Assembly (NCBI GenBank): GCA_964016885.1
Contig: OZ024742.1
Coordinates: forward strand, 3,906,001-3,970,000
Source of the DNA: Eledone cirrhosa
Lineage: Eukaryota
Direction of reading: 5' to 3'
DNA length: 64,000 nucleotides
Below are positions 32,201-48,740 of the stretch, piece after piece. Below the pieces are notes generated by a model that saw only the letters and a list, made by a program, of their open reading frames with translations, did not search any database and was not told where the DNA came from. The translations under genes and the position numbers were made by a program. Numbering within the stretch: the first letter of the stretch is position 1; every line of letters begins with the position of its first letter.

Positions 32201-35200
32201 CACCATCAACCGTCAGATACCATCAACTGTCAGACACCATCAACAGTCAGACACCATCAACTGTCAGACACCATCAATTGTCAGACACCATCAACCGTCA
32301 GACACCATCAACTGTCAGACACCATCAACTGTCAGACACCATCAACCATCAGACACCATCAACTGTCAGACACCATCAACTGTCAGACACCATCAACCGT
32401 CAGACATCATCAACCGTCAGACACCATCAACTGTCAGACACCTTCAACCGTCAGACACCATCAACTGTCAGACACCATCAACTATCAGACACCATCAACC
32501 GTCAGACACCATCAACTGTCAGACACCATCAACCGTCAAGCACCATCAACTGTCAGACACCATCAACTGTCAGACACCATCAACTGTCAGACACCATCAA
32601 CTGTCGGACACCATCAACCGTCAGACACCATCAACTGTCAGACACCATCAACTGTCAGACACCATCAACCGTCGGACACCGTCAACCGACAGACACCATC
32701 AACTGTCAGACCGCATCAACTATCAGACACCATCAACCGTCAGACACCATCAACCGTCAGACACCATCAACTGTCAGACTCCATCAACTGTCAGACACCA
32801 TCAACCGTCAAGCACCATCAACTGTCGGACACCATCAACCGTCAGACACCATCAACTGACATACACCAACAACTGTCAGACTGCATCAACTGTCAGACAC
32901 CATCAACCGTCAGATACCATCAACCGTCAGACACCATCAACCGTCAGACACCATCAACCGTCAGACAACATCAACTGTCAGATACCATCAACTGTCAGAC
33001 ACCATCAACTGTCAGACACCATCAACCGTCAGACACCATCAACTGTCAGACACCATCAACCGTCAGACACCATCAACTGTCAGACACCATCAACCGTCAG
33101 ACACCATCAACTGTCAGACACCATAAACTGTCAGACACCATCAACTGTCAGACACCATCAACCGTCAAGCACCATCAACTGTCAGACACCATCAACTGTC
33201 AGACACCATCAACTGTCAGACACCATCAACCATCAGACACCATCAACTGTCGGACACTATCAACAGTCAGACACCATCAACTGTCAGACACCATCAATTG
33301 TCAGACACCATCAACCGTCAGACACCATCAACTGTCAGACACCATCAACTGTCGGACACCATCAACCGTCAGATACCATCAACTGTCAAACACCATCAAC
33401 AGTCAAGCACCATCAACTGTCAGACACCATCAACCGTCAGACACCATCAACTGTCGGACACCATCAACCGTCAGATACCATCAACTGTCAAACACCATCA
33501 ACAGTCAAGCACCATCAACTGTCAGACACCATCAACCGTCAGACACCATCAACTGTCAGGCACCATCAACTGTCGGACTCCATCAACCGTCAGACACCAT
33601 CAACTGTCAGACACCAACAACTGTCAGACACCATCAACCGTCAGACACCATCAACCGACAGACACCATCAACTGTCAGACCGCATCAACTGTCAGACACC
33701 ATCAACCGTCAGATACCATCAACCGTCAGACACCATCAACCGTCAGACACCATCAACCGTCAGACACCATCAACTGTCAGACACCATCAGCTGTCAGACT
33801 ACATCAACTGTCAGACACCATCAGCCGTCAGACACCATCAACTGCCAGACACCATCAACCGTCAGAAACCATCAACTGTCAGACACCATCAACCGTCAGA
33901 CACCATCAACTGTCAGACACCATAAACTGTCAGACACCATCAACTGTCAGACACCATCAAACGTCAGACATCATCAACCGTCAGACACGATCAACCGTCA
34001 GACACCATCAACTGTCAGACACCATCAACTGTCAGACACCATCAACCGTCAAGCACCATCAACTGTCAGACACCATCAATTGTCAGACACCATCAACCGT
34101 CAGACACCATCAACTGTCAGACACCATCAACTGTCGGACACCATCAACTGTCAGACACCATCAACTGTCAGACACCATCAACTGTCAGACACCATCAACC
34201 GTCAGACACCATCAACTGTCAGACACCATCAACCGTCAGACACCATCAACCGTCAGACACCATCAACCGTCAGACACCATCAACCGTCAGACACTCTCAA
34301 CTGTCAGACACCATCAACCGTCAGACACACTCAACTGTCAGACACCATCAACCCTCAAGCACCATGAACTGCCAGACACCATCAACCGTCAGACACCATC
34401 AACTGTCAGACACCATCAACTGTCGGACGCCATCAACTGTCAGGCACCATCAACTGTCAGACACCATCAACTGTCAGACACCATCAACCGTCAGACACCA
34501 TCAACCGACAGACACCATCAACCGTTCAGACACCATCAACCGTCAGACACCATCAACCGTCAGACACCATCAACTTTCAGACTCCATCAACTGTCAGACA
34601 CCATCAATCGTCAGACACCATCAACTGTCAGACACCATCAACCGTCAAGCACCATCAACTGTCGGACACCATCAACCGTCAGACACCATCAACTGTCAGA
34701 CACCAACAACTGTCAGACACCATCAACCGTCAGACACCATCAACCGACAGACACCATCAACTGTCAGACCGCATCAACTGTCAGACACCATCAACCGTCA
34801 GATACCATCAACCGTCAGACACCATCAACCGTCAGACACCATCAACCGTCAGACACCATCAACTGTCAGACACCATCAGCTGTCAGACTACATCAACTGT
34901 CAGACACCATCAGCCGTCAGACACCATCAACTGCCAGACACCATCAACCGTCAGAAACCATCAACTGTCAGACACCATCAACCGTCAGACACCATCAACT
35001 GTCAGACACCATAAACTGTCAGACACCATCAACTGTCAGACACCATCAAACGTCAGACATCATCAACCGTCAGACACGATCAACCGTCAGACACCATCAA
35101 CTGTCAGACAACATCAACTGTCAGACACCATCAACCGTCAAGCACCATCAACTGTCAGACACCATCAACTGTCAGACACCATCAACTGTCGGACACCATC

Positions 35201-38200
35201 AACCATCAGACACCATCAACTGTCGGACACCATCAACCGTCTAAGCACCATCAACTGTCGGACACCATCAACTGTCAGACACCATCAACTGTCGGACACC
35301 ATCAACCGTCAGATACCATCAACTGTCAGACACCATCAACCGTCAAGCACCATCAACTGTCAGACACCATCAACTGTCAGACACCATCAACTGTCAGACA
35401 CCATCAACCATCAGACAGCATCAACTGTCGGACACCATCAACCGTCTAAGCACCATCAACTGTCGGCCACCATCAACTGTCAGACACCATCAACTGTCGG
35501 ACACCATCAACCGTCAGATACCATCAACTGTCAAACACCATCAACAGTCAAGCACCATCAACTGTCAGACACCATCAACCGTCAGACACCATCAACTGTC
35601 AGGCACCATCAACTGTCGGACTCCATCAACCGTCAGACACCATCAACTGTCAGACACCAACAACTGTCAGACACCATCAACCGTCAGACACCATCAACCG
35701 ACAGACACCATCAACCGTTCAGACACCATCAACCGTCAGACACCATCAACCGTCAGACACCATCAACTTTCAGACTCCATCAACTGTCAGACACCATCAA
35801 TCGTCAGACACCATCAACTGTCAGACACCATCAACCGTCAAGCACCATCAACTGTCGGACACCATCAACCGTCAGACACCATCAACTGTCAGACACCAAC
35901 AACTGTCAGACACCATCAACCGTCAGACACCATCAACCGACAGACACCATCAACTGTCAGACCGCATCAACTGTCAGACACCATCAACCGTCAGATACCA
36001 TCAACCGTCAGACACCATCAACCGTCAGACACCATCAACCGTCAGACACCATCAACTGTCAGACACCATCAGCTGTCAGACTACATCAACTGTCAGACAC
36101 CATCAGCCGTCAGACACCATCAACTGCCAGACACCATCAACCGTCAGAAACCATCAACTGTCAGACACCATCAACCGTCAGACACCATCAACTGTCAGAC
36201 ACCATAAACTGTCAGACACCATCAACTGTCAGACACCATCAAACGTCAGACATCATCAACCGTCAGGCACGATCAACCGTCAGACACCATCAACTGTCAG
36301 ACACCATCAACTGTCAGACACCATCAACCGTCAAGCACCATCAACTGTCAGACACCATCAACTGTCAGAGACCATCAACTGTCAGACACCATCAACCATC
36401 AGACACCATCAACTGTCGGACACCATCAACCGTCTAAGCACCATCAACTGTCGGACACCATCAACTGTCAGACACCATCAACTGTCGGACACCATCAACC
36501 GTCAGATACCATCAACTGTCATACACCATCAACAGTCAGACACCATCAACTGTCAGACACCATCAACCTTCAGACGCCATCAACCGTCAGACACCATCAA
36601 CCGTCAGATACCATCAACTGTCAGACACCATCAACAGTCAGACACCATCAACTGTCAGACACCATCAATTGTCAGACACCATCAACCGTCAGACACCATC
36701 AACCGTCAGATACCATCAACTGTCAGACACTATCAACAGTCAGACACCATCAACTGTCAGACACCATCAATTGTCAGACACCATCAACCGTCAGACACCA
36801 TCAACCGTCAGATAGCATCAACAGTCAGACACCATCAACTGTCAGACACCATCACTTGTCAGACACCATCAACCGTCAGACACCATCAACTGTCAGACAC
36901 CATCAACTGTCAGACACCATCAACAGTCAGACACCATCAACTGTCAGACACCATCAACTGTCAGACACCATCAACCGTCAGACATCATCAACCGTCAGAC
37001 ACCATCAACTGTCAGACACCTTAAACCGTCAGACACCATCAACTGTCAGACACCATCAACTGTCAGACACGACCAACCGTCAGATACCATCAACTGTCAG
37101 ACACCATCAACTGTCAGACACCATCAACTGTCAGACACCATCATTTGTCAGACACCATCAACCGTCAGACACCATCAACCGTCAGATACCATCAACTGTC
37201 AGACACTATCAACAGTCAGACACCATCAACTGTCAGACACCATCAATTGTCAGACACCATCAACCGTCAGACACCATCAACCGTCAGATACCATCAACTG
37301 TCAGACACCATCAACAGTCAGACACCATCAACTGTCAGACACCATCAATTGTCAGACACCATCAACCGTCAGACACCATCAACTGTCAGACACCATCAAC
37401 TGTCAGACACCATCAACCATCAGACACCATCAACTGTCAGACACCATCAACTGTCAGACACCATCAACCGTCAGACATCATCAACCGTCAGACACCATCA
37501 ACTGTCAGACACCTTCAACCGTCAGACTCCATCAACTGTCAGACACCATCAACTATCAGACACCATCAACCGTCAGACACCATCAACTGTCAGACACCAT
37601 CAACCGTCAAGCACCATCAACTGTCAGACACCATCAACTGTCAGACACCATCAACTGTCAGACACCATCAACTGTCGGACACCATCAACCGTCAGACACC
37701 ATCAACTGTCAGACACCATCAACTGTCAGACACCATCAACCGTCGGACACCGTCAACCGACAGACACCATCAACTGTCAGACCGCATCAACTATCAGACA
37801 CCATCAACCGTCAGACACCATCAACCGTCAGACACCATCAACTGTCAGACTCCATCAACTGTCAGACACCATCAACCGTCAAGCACCATCAACTGTCGGA
37901 CACCATCAACCGTCAGACACCATCAACTGACATACACCAACAACTGTCAGACTGCATCAACTGTCAGACACCATCAACCGTCAGATACCATCAACCGTCA
38001 GACACCATCAACCGTCAGACACCATCAACCGTCAGACAACATCAACTGTCAGATACCATCAACTGTCAGACACCATCAACTGTCAGACACCATCAACCGT
38101 CAGACACCATCAACTGTCAGACACCATCAACCGTCAGACACCATCAACTGTCAGACACCATCAACCGTCAGACACCATCAACTGTCAGACACCATAAACT

Positions 38201-38280
38201 GTCAGACACCATCAACTGTCAGACACCATCAACTGTCAGACACCATCAACCATCAGACACCATCAACTGTCGGACACCAT
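29250..38280 (+). repeat. Block duplication, offset 4849-5071 bp: about 29250-33250 reappears at about 34140-38280 (third copy inside 41100-46260)
   Basis: ORF coordinate pairs 29518/34367 and 30165/35014 (4849), 31785/36856 and 32074/37145 (5071). Private markers GATAGCATC (about 31723, 36811, 44779), GACATACACC (about 32858, 37929, 45914) and GGCCACC (about 30615, 35464, 42409, 43432). Confidence 0.88.
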
Positions 38281-41200
38281 AAACCGTCTAAGCACCATCA
38301 TCTGTCGGACACCATCAACTGTTAGACACCATCAACTGTCGGATACCATCAACCGTCAGATACCATCAACTGTCAGACACCATCAACAGTCAGACACCAT
38401 CAACTGTCAGACACCATCAACCGTCAGACGCCATCAACCGTCAGACACCATCAACCGTCAGATACCATCAACTATCAGACACCATCAACAGTCAGACACC
38501 ATCAACTATCAGACACCATCAATTGTCAGACACCATCAACCGTCAGACACCATCAACCGTCAGATACCATCAACTGTCAGACACTATCAACAGTCAGACA
38601 CCATCAATTGTCAGACACCATCAACCGTCAGACACCATCAACTGTCGGACACCATCAACCGTCAGACACCATCAACTGTCAGACACCATCAACTGTCAGA
38701 CACCATCAACAGTCAGACACCATCAACCGACAGACACCATCAACTGTCAGACACCATCAACTGTCAGACACCATCAACTGTCAGACACCATCAACCGTCA
38801 GACACCATCAACTGTCAGACACCATCAACCGTCAGACACCATCAACCGTCAGACACCATCAACCGTCAGACACCATCAACCGTCAGACACTCTCAACTGT
38901 CAGACACCATCAACCGTCAGACACACTCAACTGTCAGACACAATCAACCCTCAAGCACCATCAACTGCCAGACACCATCAACCGTCAGACACCATCAACT
39001 GTCAGACACCATCAACTGTCGGACGCCATCAACTGTCAGACACCATCAACTGTCAGACACCATCAACTGTCAGACACCATCAACCGTCAGACACCATCAA
39101 CCGACAGACACCATCAACTGTCAGACCGCATCAACTGTCAGACACCATCAACCGTCAGACACCATCAACCGTCAGACACCATCAACCGTCAGACACCATC
39201 AACTGTCAGACACCATCAACTGTCAGACACCATCAACTGTCAGACACCATCAACCGTCAGACACCATCAACTGTGAGACACCATCAACCGTCTGACACCA
39301 TCAACTGTCAGACACCATCAACCGTCAGACACCATCAACCGTTCAGACACCATCAACCGTCAGACACCATCAACCGTCAGACACCATCAACTGTCAGACT
39401 CCCTCAACTGTCAGACACCATCAATCGTCAGACACCATCAACTGTCAGACACCATCAACCGTCAAGCACCATCAACTGTCAGACACCATCAACCGTCAGA
39501 CACCATCAACTGTCAGGCACCATCAACTGTCGGACACCATCAACCGTCAGACACCATCAACTGTCAGACACCAACAACTGTCAGACACCATCAACCGTCA
39601 GACACCATCAACCGACAGACACCATCAACTGTCCGACCGCATCAACTGTCAGACACCATCAACCGTCAGATACCATCAACCGTCAGACACCATAAACCGT
39701 CAGACACCATCAACCGTCAGACACCATCAACTGTCAGACACCATCAGCTGTCAGACTACATCAACTGTCAGACACCATCAGCCGTCAGACACCATCAACT
39801 GCCAGACACCATCAACCGTCAGAAACCATCAACTGTCAGACACCATCAACCGTCAGACACCATCAACTGTCAGACACCATAAACTGTCAGACACCATCAA
39901 CTGTCAGACACCATCAAACGTCAGACATCATCAACCGTCAGACACGATCAACCGTCAGACACCATCAACTGTCAGACACCATCAACTGTCAGACACCATC
40001 AACCGTCAAGCACCATCAACTGTCAGACACCATCAACTGTCAGACACCATCAACTGTCAGACACCATCAACCATCAGACACCATCAACTGTCGGACACCA
40101 TCAACCGTCTAAGCACCATCAACTGTCGGACACCATCAACTGTCAGACACCATCAACTGTCGGACACCATCAACCGTCAGATACCATCAACTGTCAGACA
40201 CCATCAACCGTCAAGCACCATCAACTGTCAGACACCATCAACTGTCAGACACCATCAACTGTCAGACACCATCAACCATCAGACACCATCAACTGTCGGA
40301 CACCATCAACCGTCTAAGCACCATCAACTGTCGGACACCATCAACTGTCAGACACCATCAACTGTCGGACACCATCAACCGTCAGATACCATCAACTGTC
40401 AAACACCATCAACAGTCAGACACCATCAACTGTTAGATACCATCAACCGTCAGACGCCATCAACCGTCAGACACCATCAACCGTCCGATACCATCAACTG
40501 TCAGACACCATCAACAGTCAGACACCATCAACTGTCAGACACCATCAATTGTCAGACACCATCAACCGTCAGACACCATCAACTGTCAGACACCATCAAC
40601 TGTCAGACACCATCAACAGTCAGACACCATCAACTGTCAGACACCATCAACTGTCAGACACCATCAACCGTCAGACATCATCAACCGTCAGACACCATCA
40701 ACTGTCAGACACCTTCAACCGTCAGACACCATCAACTGTCAGACACCATCAACTGTCAGACACCATAAACTGTCAGACACCATCAACTGTCAGACACCAT
40801 CAAACGTCAGACATCATCAACCGTCAGACACGATCAACCGTCAGACACCATCAACTGTCAGACACCATCAACTGTCAGACACCATCAACCGTCAAGCACC
40901 ATCAACTGTCAGACACCATCAATTGTCAGACACCATCAACCGTCAGACACCATCAACTGTCAGACACCATCAACTGTCGGACACCATCAACCGTCAGACA
41001 CCATCAACTGTCAGACACCATCAACAGTCAGACACCATCAACTGTCAGACACCATCAACAGTCAGACACCATCAACCGACAGACACCATCAACTGTCAGA
41101 CACCATCAACTGTCAGACACCATCAACTGTCAGACACCATCAACCGTCAGACACCATCAACTGTCAGACACCATCAACCGTCAGACACCATCAACCGTCA

Positions 41201-44200
41201 GACACCATCAACCGTCAGACACCATCAACCGTCAGACACTCTCAACTGTCAGACACCATCAACCGTCAGACACACTCAACTGTCAGACACCATCAACCCT
41301 CAAGCACCATGAACTGCCAGACACCATCAACCGTCAGACACCATCAACTGTCAGACACCATCAACTGTCGGACGCCATCAACTGTCAGACACCATCAACT
41401 GTCAGACACCATCAACTGTCAGACACCATCAACCGTCAGACACCATCAACCGACAGACACCATCAACCGTTCAGACACCATCAACCGTCAGACACCATCA
41501 ACCGTCAGACACCATCAACTTTCAGACTCCATCAACTGTCAGACACCATCAATCGTCAGACACCATCAACTGTCAGACACCATCAACCGTCAAGCACCAT
41601 CAACTGTCGGACACCATCAACCGTCAGACACCATCAACTGTCAGACACCAACAACTGTCAGACACCATCAACCGTCAGACACCATCAACCGACAGACACC
41701 ATCAACTGTCAGACCGCATCAACTGTCAGACACCATCAACCGTCAGATACCATCAACCGTCAGACACCATCAACCGTCAGACACCATCAACCGTCAGACA
41801 CCATCAACTGTCAGACACCATCAGCTGTCAGACTACATCAACTGTCAGACACCATCAGCCGTCAGACACCATCAACTGCCAGACACCATCAACCGTCAGA
41901 AACCATCAACTGTCAGACACCATCAACCGTCAGACACCATCAACTGTCAGACACCATAAACTGTCAGACACCATCAACTGTCAGACACCATCAAACGTCA
42001 GACATCATCAACCGTCAGACACGATCAACCGTCAGACACCATCAACTGTCAGACAACATCAACTGTCAGACACCATCAACCGTCAAGCACCATCAACTGT
42101 CAGACACCATCAACTGTCAGACACCATCAACTGTCGGACACCATCAACCATCAGACACCATCAACTGTCGGACACCATCAACCGTCTAAGCACCATCAAC
42201 TGTCGGACACCATCAACTGTCAGACACCATCAACTGTCGGACACCATCAACCGTCAGATACCATCAACTGTCAGACACCATCAACCGTCAAGCACCATCA
42301 ACTGTCAGACACCATCAACTGTCAGACACCATCAACTGTCAGACACCATCAACCATCAGACAGCATCAACTGTCGGACACCATCAACCGTCTAAGCACCA
42401 TCAACTGTCGGCCACCATCAACTGTCAGACACCATCAACTGTCGGACACCATCAACCGTCAGATACCATCAACTGTCAAACACCATCAACAGTCAAGCAC
42501 CATCAACTGTCAGACACCATCAACCGTCAGACACCATCAACTGTCAGGCACCATCAACTGTCGGACTCCATCAACCGTCAGACACCATCAACTGTCAGAC
42601 ACCAACAACTGTCAGACACCATCAACCGTCAGACACCATCAACCGACAGACACCATCAACCGTTCAGACACCATCAACCGTCAGACACCATCAACCGTCA
42701 GACACCATCAACTTTCAGACTCCATCAACTGTCAGACACCATCAATCGTCAGACACCATCAACTGTCAGACACCATCAACCGTCAAGCACCATCAACTGT
42801 CGGACACCATCAACCGTCAGACACCATCAACTGTCAGACACCAACAACTGTCAGACACCATCAACCGTCAGACACCATCAACCGACAGACACCATCAACT
42901 GTCAGACCGCATCAACTGTCAGACACCATCAACCGTCAGATACCATCAACCGTCAGACACCATCAACCGTCAGACACCATCAACCGTCAGACACCATCAA
43001 CTGTCAGACACCATCAGCTGTCAGACTACATCAACTGTCAGACACCATCAGCCGTCAGACACCATCAACTGCCAGACACCATCAACCGTCAGAAACCATC
43101 AACTGTCAGACACCATCAACCGTCAGACACCATCAACTGTCAGACACCATAAACTGTCAGACACCATCAACCATCAGACACCATCAACTGTCGGACACCA
43201 TCAACCGTCTAAGCACCATCAACTGTCGGACACCATCAACTGTCAGACACCATCAACTGTCGGACACCATCAACCGTCAGATACCATCAACTGTCAGACA
43301 CCATCAACCGTCAAGCACCATCAACTGTCAGACACCATCAACTGTCAGACACCATCAACTGTCAGACACCATCAACCATCAGACAGCATCAACTGTCGGA
43401 CACCATCAACCGTCTAAGCACCATCAACTGTCGGCCACCATCAACTGTTAGACACCATCAACTGTCGGACACCATCAACCGTCAGATACCATCAACTGTC
43501 AAACACCATCAACAGTCAAGCACCATCAACTGTCAGACACCATCAACCGTCAGACACCATCAACTGTCAGGCACCATCAACTGTCGGACTCCATCAACCG
43601 TCAGACACCATCAACTGTCAGACACCAACAACTGTCAGACACCATCAACCGTCAGACACCATCAACCGACAGACACCATCAACCGTTCAGACACCATCAA
43701 CCGTCAGACACCATCAACCGTCAGACACCATCAACTTTCAGACTCCATCAACTGTCAGACACCATCAATCGTCAAACACCATCAACTGTCAGACACCATC
43801 AACCGTCAAGCACCATCAACTGTCGGACACCATCAACCGTCAGACACCATCAACTGTCAGACACCAACAACTGTCAGACACCATCAACCGTCAGACACCA
43901 TCAACCGACAGACACCATCAACTGTCAGACCGCATCAACTGTCAGACACCATCAACCGTCAGATACCATCAACCGTCAGACACCATCAACCGTCAGACAC
44001 CATCAACCGTCAGACACCATCAACTGTCAGACACCATCAGCTGTCAGACTACATCAACTGTCAGACACCATCAGCCGTCAGACACCATCAACTGCCAGAC
44101 ACCATCAACCGTCAGAAACCATCAACTGTCAGACACCATCAACCGTCAGACACCATCAACTGTCAGACACCATAAACTGTCAGACACCATCAACTGTCAG

Positions 44201-47200
44201 ACACCATCAAACGTCAGACATCATCAACCGTCAGGCACGATCAACCGTCAGACACCATCAACTGTCAGACACCATCAACTGTCAGACACCATCAACCGTC
44301 AAGCACCATCAACTGTCAGACACCATCAACTGTCAGAGACCATCAACTGTCAGACACCATCAACCATCAGACACCATCAACTGTCGGACACCATCAACCG
44401 TCTAAGCACCATCAACTGTCGGACACCATCAACTGTCAGACACCATCAACTGTCGGACACCATCAACCGTCAGATACCATCAACTGTCATACACCATCAA
44501 CAGTCAGACACCATCAACTGTCAGACACCATCAACCTTCAGACGCCATCAACCGTCAGACACCATCAACCGTCAGATACCATCAACTGTCAGACACCATC
44601 AACAGTCAGACACCATCAACTGTCAGACACCATCAATTGTCAGACACCATCAACCGTCAGACACCATCAACCGTCAGATACCATCAACTGTCAGACACTA
44701 TCAACAGTCAGACACCATCAACTGTCAGACACCATCAATTGTCAGACACCATCAACCGTCAGACACCATCAACCGTCAGATAGCATCAACTGTCAGACAC
44801 CATCAACAGTCAGACACCATCAACTGTCAGACACCATCACTTGTCAGACACCATCAACCGTCAGACACCATCAACTGTCAGACACCATCAACTGTCAGAC
44901 ACCATCAACAGTCAGACACCATCAACTGTCAGACACCATCAACTGTCAGACACCATCAACCGTCAGACATCATCAACCGTCAGACACCATCAACTGTCAG
45001 ACACCTTAAACCGTCAGACACCATCAACTGTCAGACACCATCAACTGTCAGACACGACCAACCGTCAGATACCATCAACTGTCAGACACCATCAACTGTC
45101 AGACACCATCAACTGTCAGACACCATCATTTGTCAGACACCATCAACCGTCAGACACCATCAACCGTCAGATACCATCAACTGTCAGACACTATCAACAG
45201 TCAGACACCATCAACTGTCAGACACCATCAATTGTCAGACACCATCAACCGTCAGACACCATCAACCGTCAGATACCATCAACTGTCAGACACCATCAAC
45301 AGTCAGACACCATCAACTGTCAGACACCATCAATTGTCAGACACCATCAACCGTCAGACACCATCAACTGTCAGACACCATCAACTGTCAGACACCATCA
45401 ACCATCAGACACCATCAACTGTCAGACACCATCAACTGTCAGACACCATCAACCGTCAGACATCATCAACCGTCAGACACCATCAACTGTCAGACACCTT
45501 CAACCGTCAGACACCATCAACTGTCAGACACCATCAACTATCAGACACCATCAACCGTCAGACACCATCAACTGTCAGACACCATCAACCGTCAAGCACC
45601 ATCAACTGTCAGACACCATCAACTGTCAGACACCATCAACTGTCAGACACCATCAACTGTCGGACACCATCAACCGTCAGACACCATCAACTGTCAGACA
45701 CCATCAACTGTCAGACACCATCAACCGTCGGACACCGTCAACCGACAGACACCATCAACTGTCAGACCGCATCAACTATCAGACACCATCAACCGTCAGA
45801 CACCATCAACCGTCAGACACCATCAACTGTCAGACTCCATCAACTGTCAGACACCATCAACCGTCAAGCACCATCAACTGTCGGACACCATCAACCGTCA
45901 GACACCATCAACTGACATACACCAACAACTGTCAGACTGCATCAACTGTCAGACACCATCAACCGTCAGATACCATCAACCGTCAGACACCATCAACCGT
46001 CAGACACCATCAACCGTCAGACAACATCAACTGTCAGATACCATCAACTGTCAGACACCATCAACTGTCAGACACCATCAACCGTCAGACACCATCAACT
46101 GTCAGACACCATCAACCGTCAGACACCATCAACTGTCAGACACCATCAACCGTCAGACACCATCAACTGTCAGACACCATAAACTGTCAGACACCATCAA
46201 CTGTCAGACACCATCAACTGTCAGACACCATCAACCATCAGACACCATCAACTGTCGGACACCATAAACCGTCTAAGCACCATCATCTGTCGGACACCAT
46301 CAACTGTTAGACACCATCAACTGTCGGACACCATCAACCGTCAGATACCATCAACTGTCAGACACCATCAACAGTCAGACACCATCAACTGTCAGACACC
46401 ATCAACCGTCAGACGCCATCAACCGTCAGACACCATCAACCGTCAGATACCATCAACTGTCAGACACCATCAACAGTCAGACACCATCAACTATCAGACA
46501 CCATCAATTGTCAGACACCATCAACCGTCAGACACCATCAACCGTCAGATACCATCAACTGTCAGACACTATCAACAGTCAGACACCATCAATTGTCAGA
46601 CACCATCAACCGTCAGACACCATCAACTGTCGGACACCATCAACCGTCAGACACCATCAACTGTCAGACACCATCAACTGTCAGACACCATCAACAGTCA
46701 GACACCATCAACCGACAGACACCATCAACTGTCAGACACCATCAACTGTCAGACACCATCAACTGTCAGACACCATCAACCGTCAGACACCATCAACTGT
46801 CAGACACCATCAACCGTCAGACACCATCAACCGTCAGACACCATCAACCGTCAGACACCATCAACCGTCAGACACTCTCAACTGTCAGACACCATCAACC
46901 GTCAGACACACTCAACTGTCAGACACAATCAACCCTCAAGCACCATCAACTGCCAGACACCATCAACCGTCAGACACCATCAACTGTCAGACACCATCAA
47001 CTGTCGGACGCCATCAACTGTCAGACACCATCAACTGTCAGACACCATCAACTGTCAGACACCATCAACCGTCAGACACCATCAACCGACAGACACCATC
47101 AACTGTCAGACCGCATCAACTGTCAGACACCATCAACCGTCAGACACCATCAACCGTCAGACACCATCAACCGTCAGACACCATCAACTGTCAGACACCA

Positions 47201-48740
47201 TCAACTGTCAGACACCATCAACTGTCAGACACCATCAACCGTCAGACACCATCAACTGTGAGACACCATCAACCGTCTGACACCATCAACTGTCAGACAC
47301 CATCAACCGTCAGACACCATCAACCGTTCAGACACCATCAACCGTCAGACACCATCAACCGTCAGACACCATCAACTGTCAGACTCCCTCAACTGTCAGA
47401 CACCATCAATCGTCAGACACCATCAACTGTCAGACACCATCAACCGTCAAGCACCATCAACTGTCAGACACCATCAACCGTCAGACACCATCAACTGTCA
47501 GGCACCATCAACTGTCGGACACCATCAACCGTCAGACACCATCAACTGTCAGACACCAACAACTGTCAGACACCATCAACCGTCAGACACCATCAACCGA
47601 CAGACACCATCAACTGTCCGACCGCATCAACTGTCAGACACCATCAACCGTCAGATACCATCAACCGTCAGACACCATAAACCGTCAGACACCATCAACC
47701 GTCAGACACCATCAACTGTCAGACACCATCAGCTGTCAGACTACATCAACTGTCAGACACCATCAGCCGTCAGACACCATCAACTGCCAGACACCATCAA
47801 CCGTCAGAAACCATCAACTGTCAGACACCATCAACCGTCAGACACCATCAACTGTCAGACACCATAAACTGTCAGACACCATCAACTGTCAGACACCATC
47901 AAACGTCAGACATCATCAACCGTCAGACACGATCAACCGTCAGACACCATCAACTGTCAGACACCATCAACTGTCAGACACCATCAACCGTCAAGCACCA
48001 TCAACTGTCAGACACCATCAACTGTCAGACACCATCAACTGTCAGACACCATCAACCATCAGACACCATCAACTGTCGGACACCATCAACCGTCTAAGCA
48101 CCATCAACTGTCGGACACCATCAACTGTCAGACACCATCAACTGTCGGACACCATCAACCGTCAGATACCATCAACTGTCAGACACCATCAACCGTCAAG
48201 CACCATCAACTGTCAGACACCATCAACTGTCAGACACCATCAACTGTCAGACACCATCAACCATCAGACACCATCAACTGTCGGACACCATCAACCGTCT
48301 AAGCACCATCAACTGTCGGACACCATCAACTGTCAGACACCATCAACTGTCGGACACCATCAACCGTCAGATACCATCAACTGTCAAACACCATCAACAG
48401 TCAGACACCATCAACTGTTAGATACCATCAACCGTCAGACGCCATCAACCGTCAGACACCATCAACCGTCAGATACCATCAACTGTCAGACACCATCAAC
48501 AGTCAGACACCATCAACTGTCAGACACCATCAATTGTCAGACACCATCAACCGTCAGACACCATCAACTGTCAGACACCATCAACTGTCAGACACCATCA
48601 ACAGTCAGACACCATCAACTGTCAGACACCATCAACTGTCAGACACCATCAACCGTCAGACATCATCAACCGTCAGACACCATCAACTGTCAGACACCTT
48701 CAACCGTCAGACACCATCAACTGTCAGACACCATCAACTG
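33900..48740 (+). repeat. Tandem block duplication: about 33900-40745 and about 40745-48740 (offset 6945, rising to 7985)
   Basis: ORF pairs at 6945 (34364/41309, 35244/42189) and at 7985 (36856/44841, 37145/45130, 38523/46508, 38608/46593, 40549/48534), with near-identical translations. Confidence 0.92.
42145..44195 (+). repeat. Internal tandem duplication of 1023 bp (60 monomers) nested in the second copy of the 7-8 kb block
   Basis: Markers recur at +1023: GTCTAAGC 42184/43207 and 42389/43412, CAGCATC 42361/43384, GTTCAGAC 42662/43685. 1023 = 60 x 17 + 3 (three 18-bp monomers). Confidence 0.9.
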
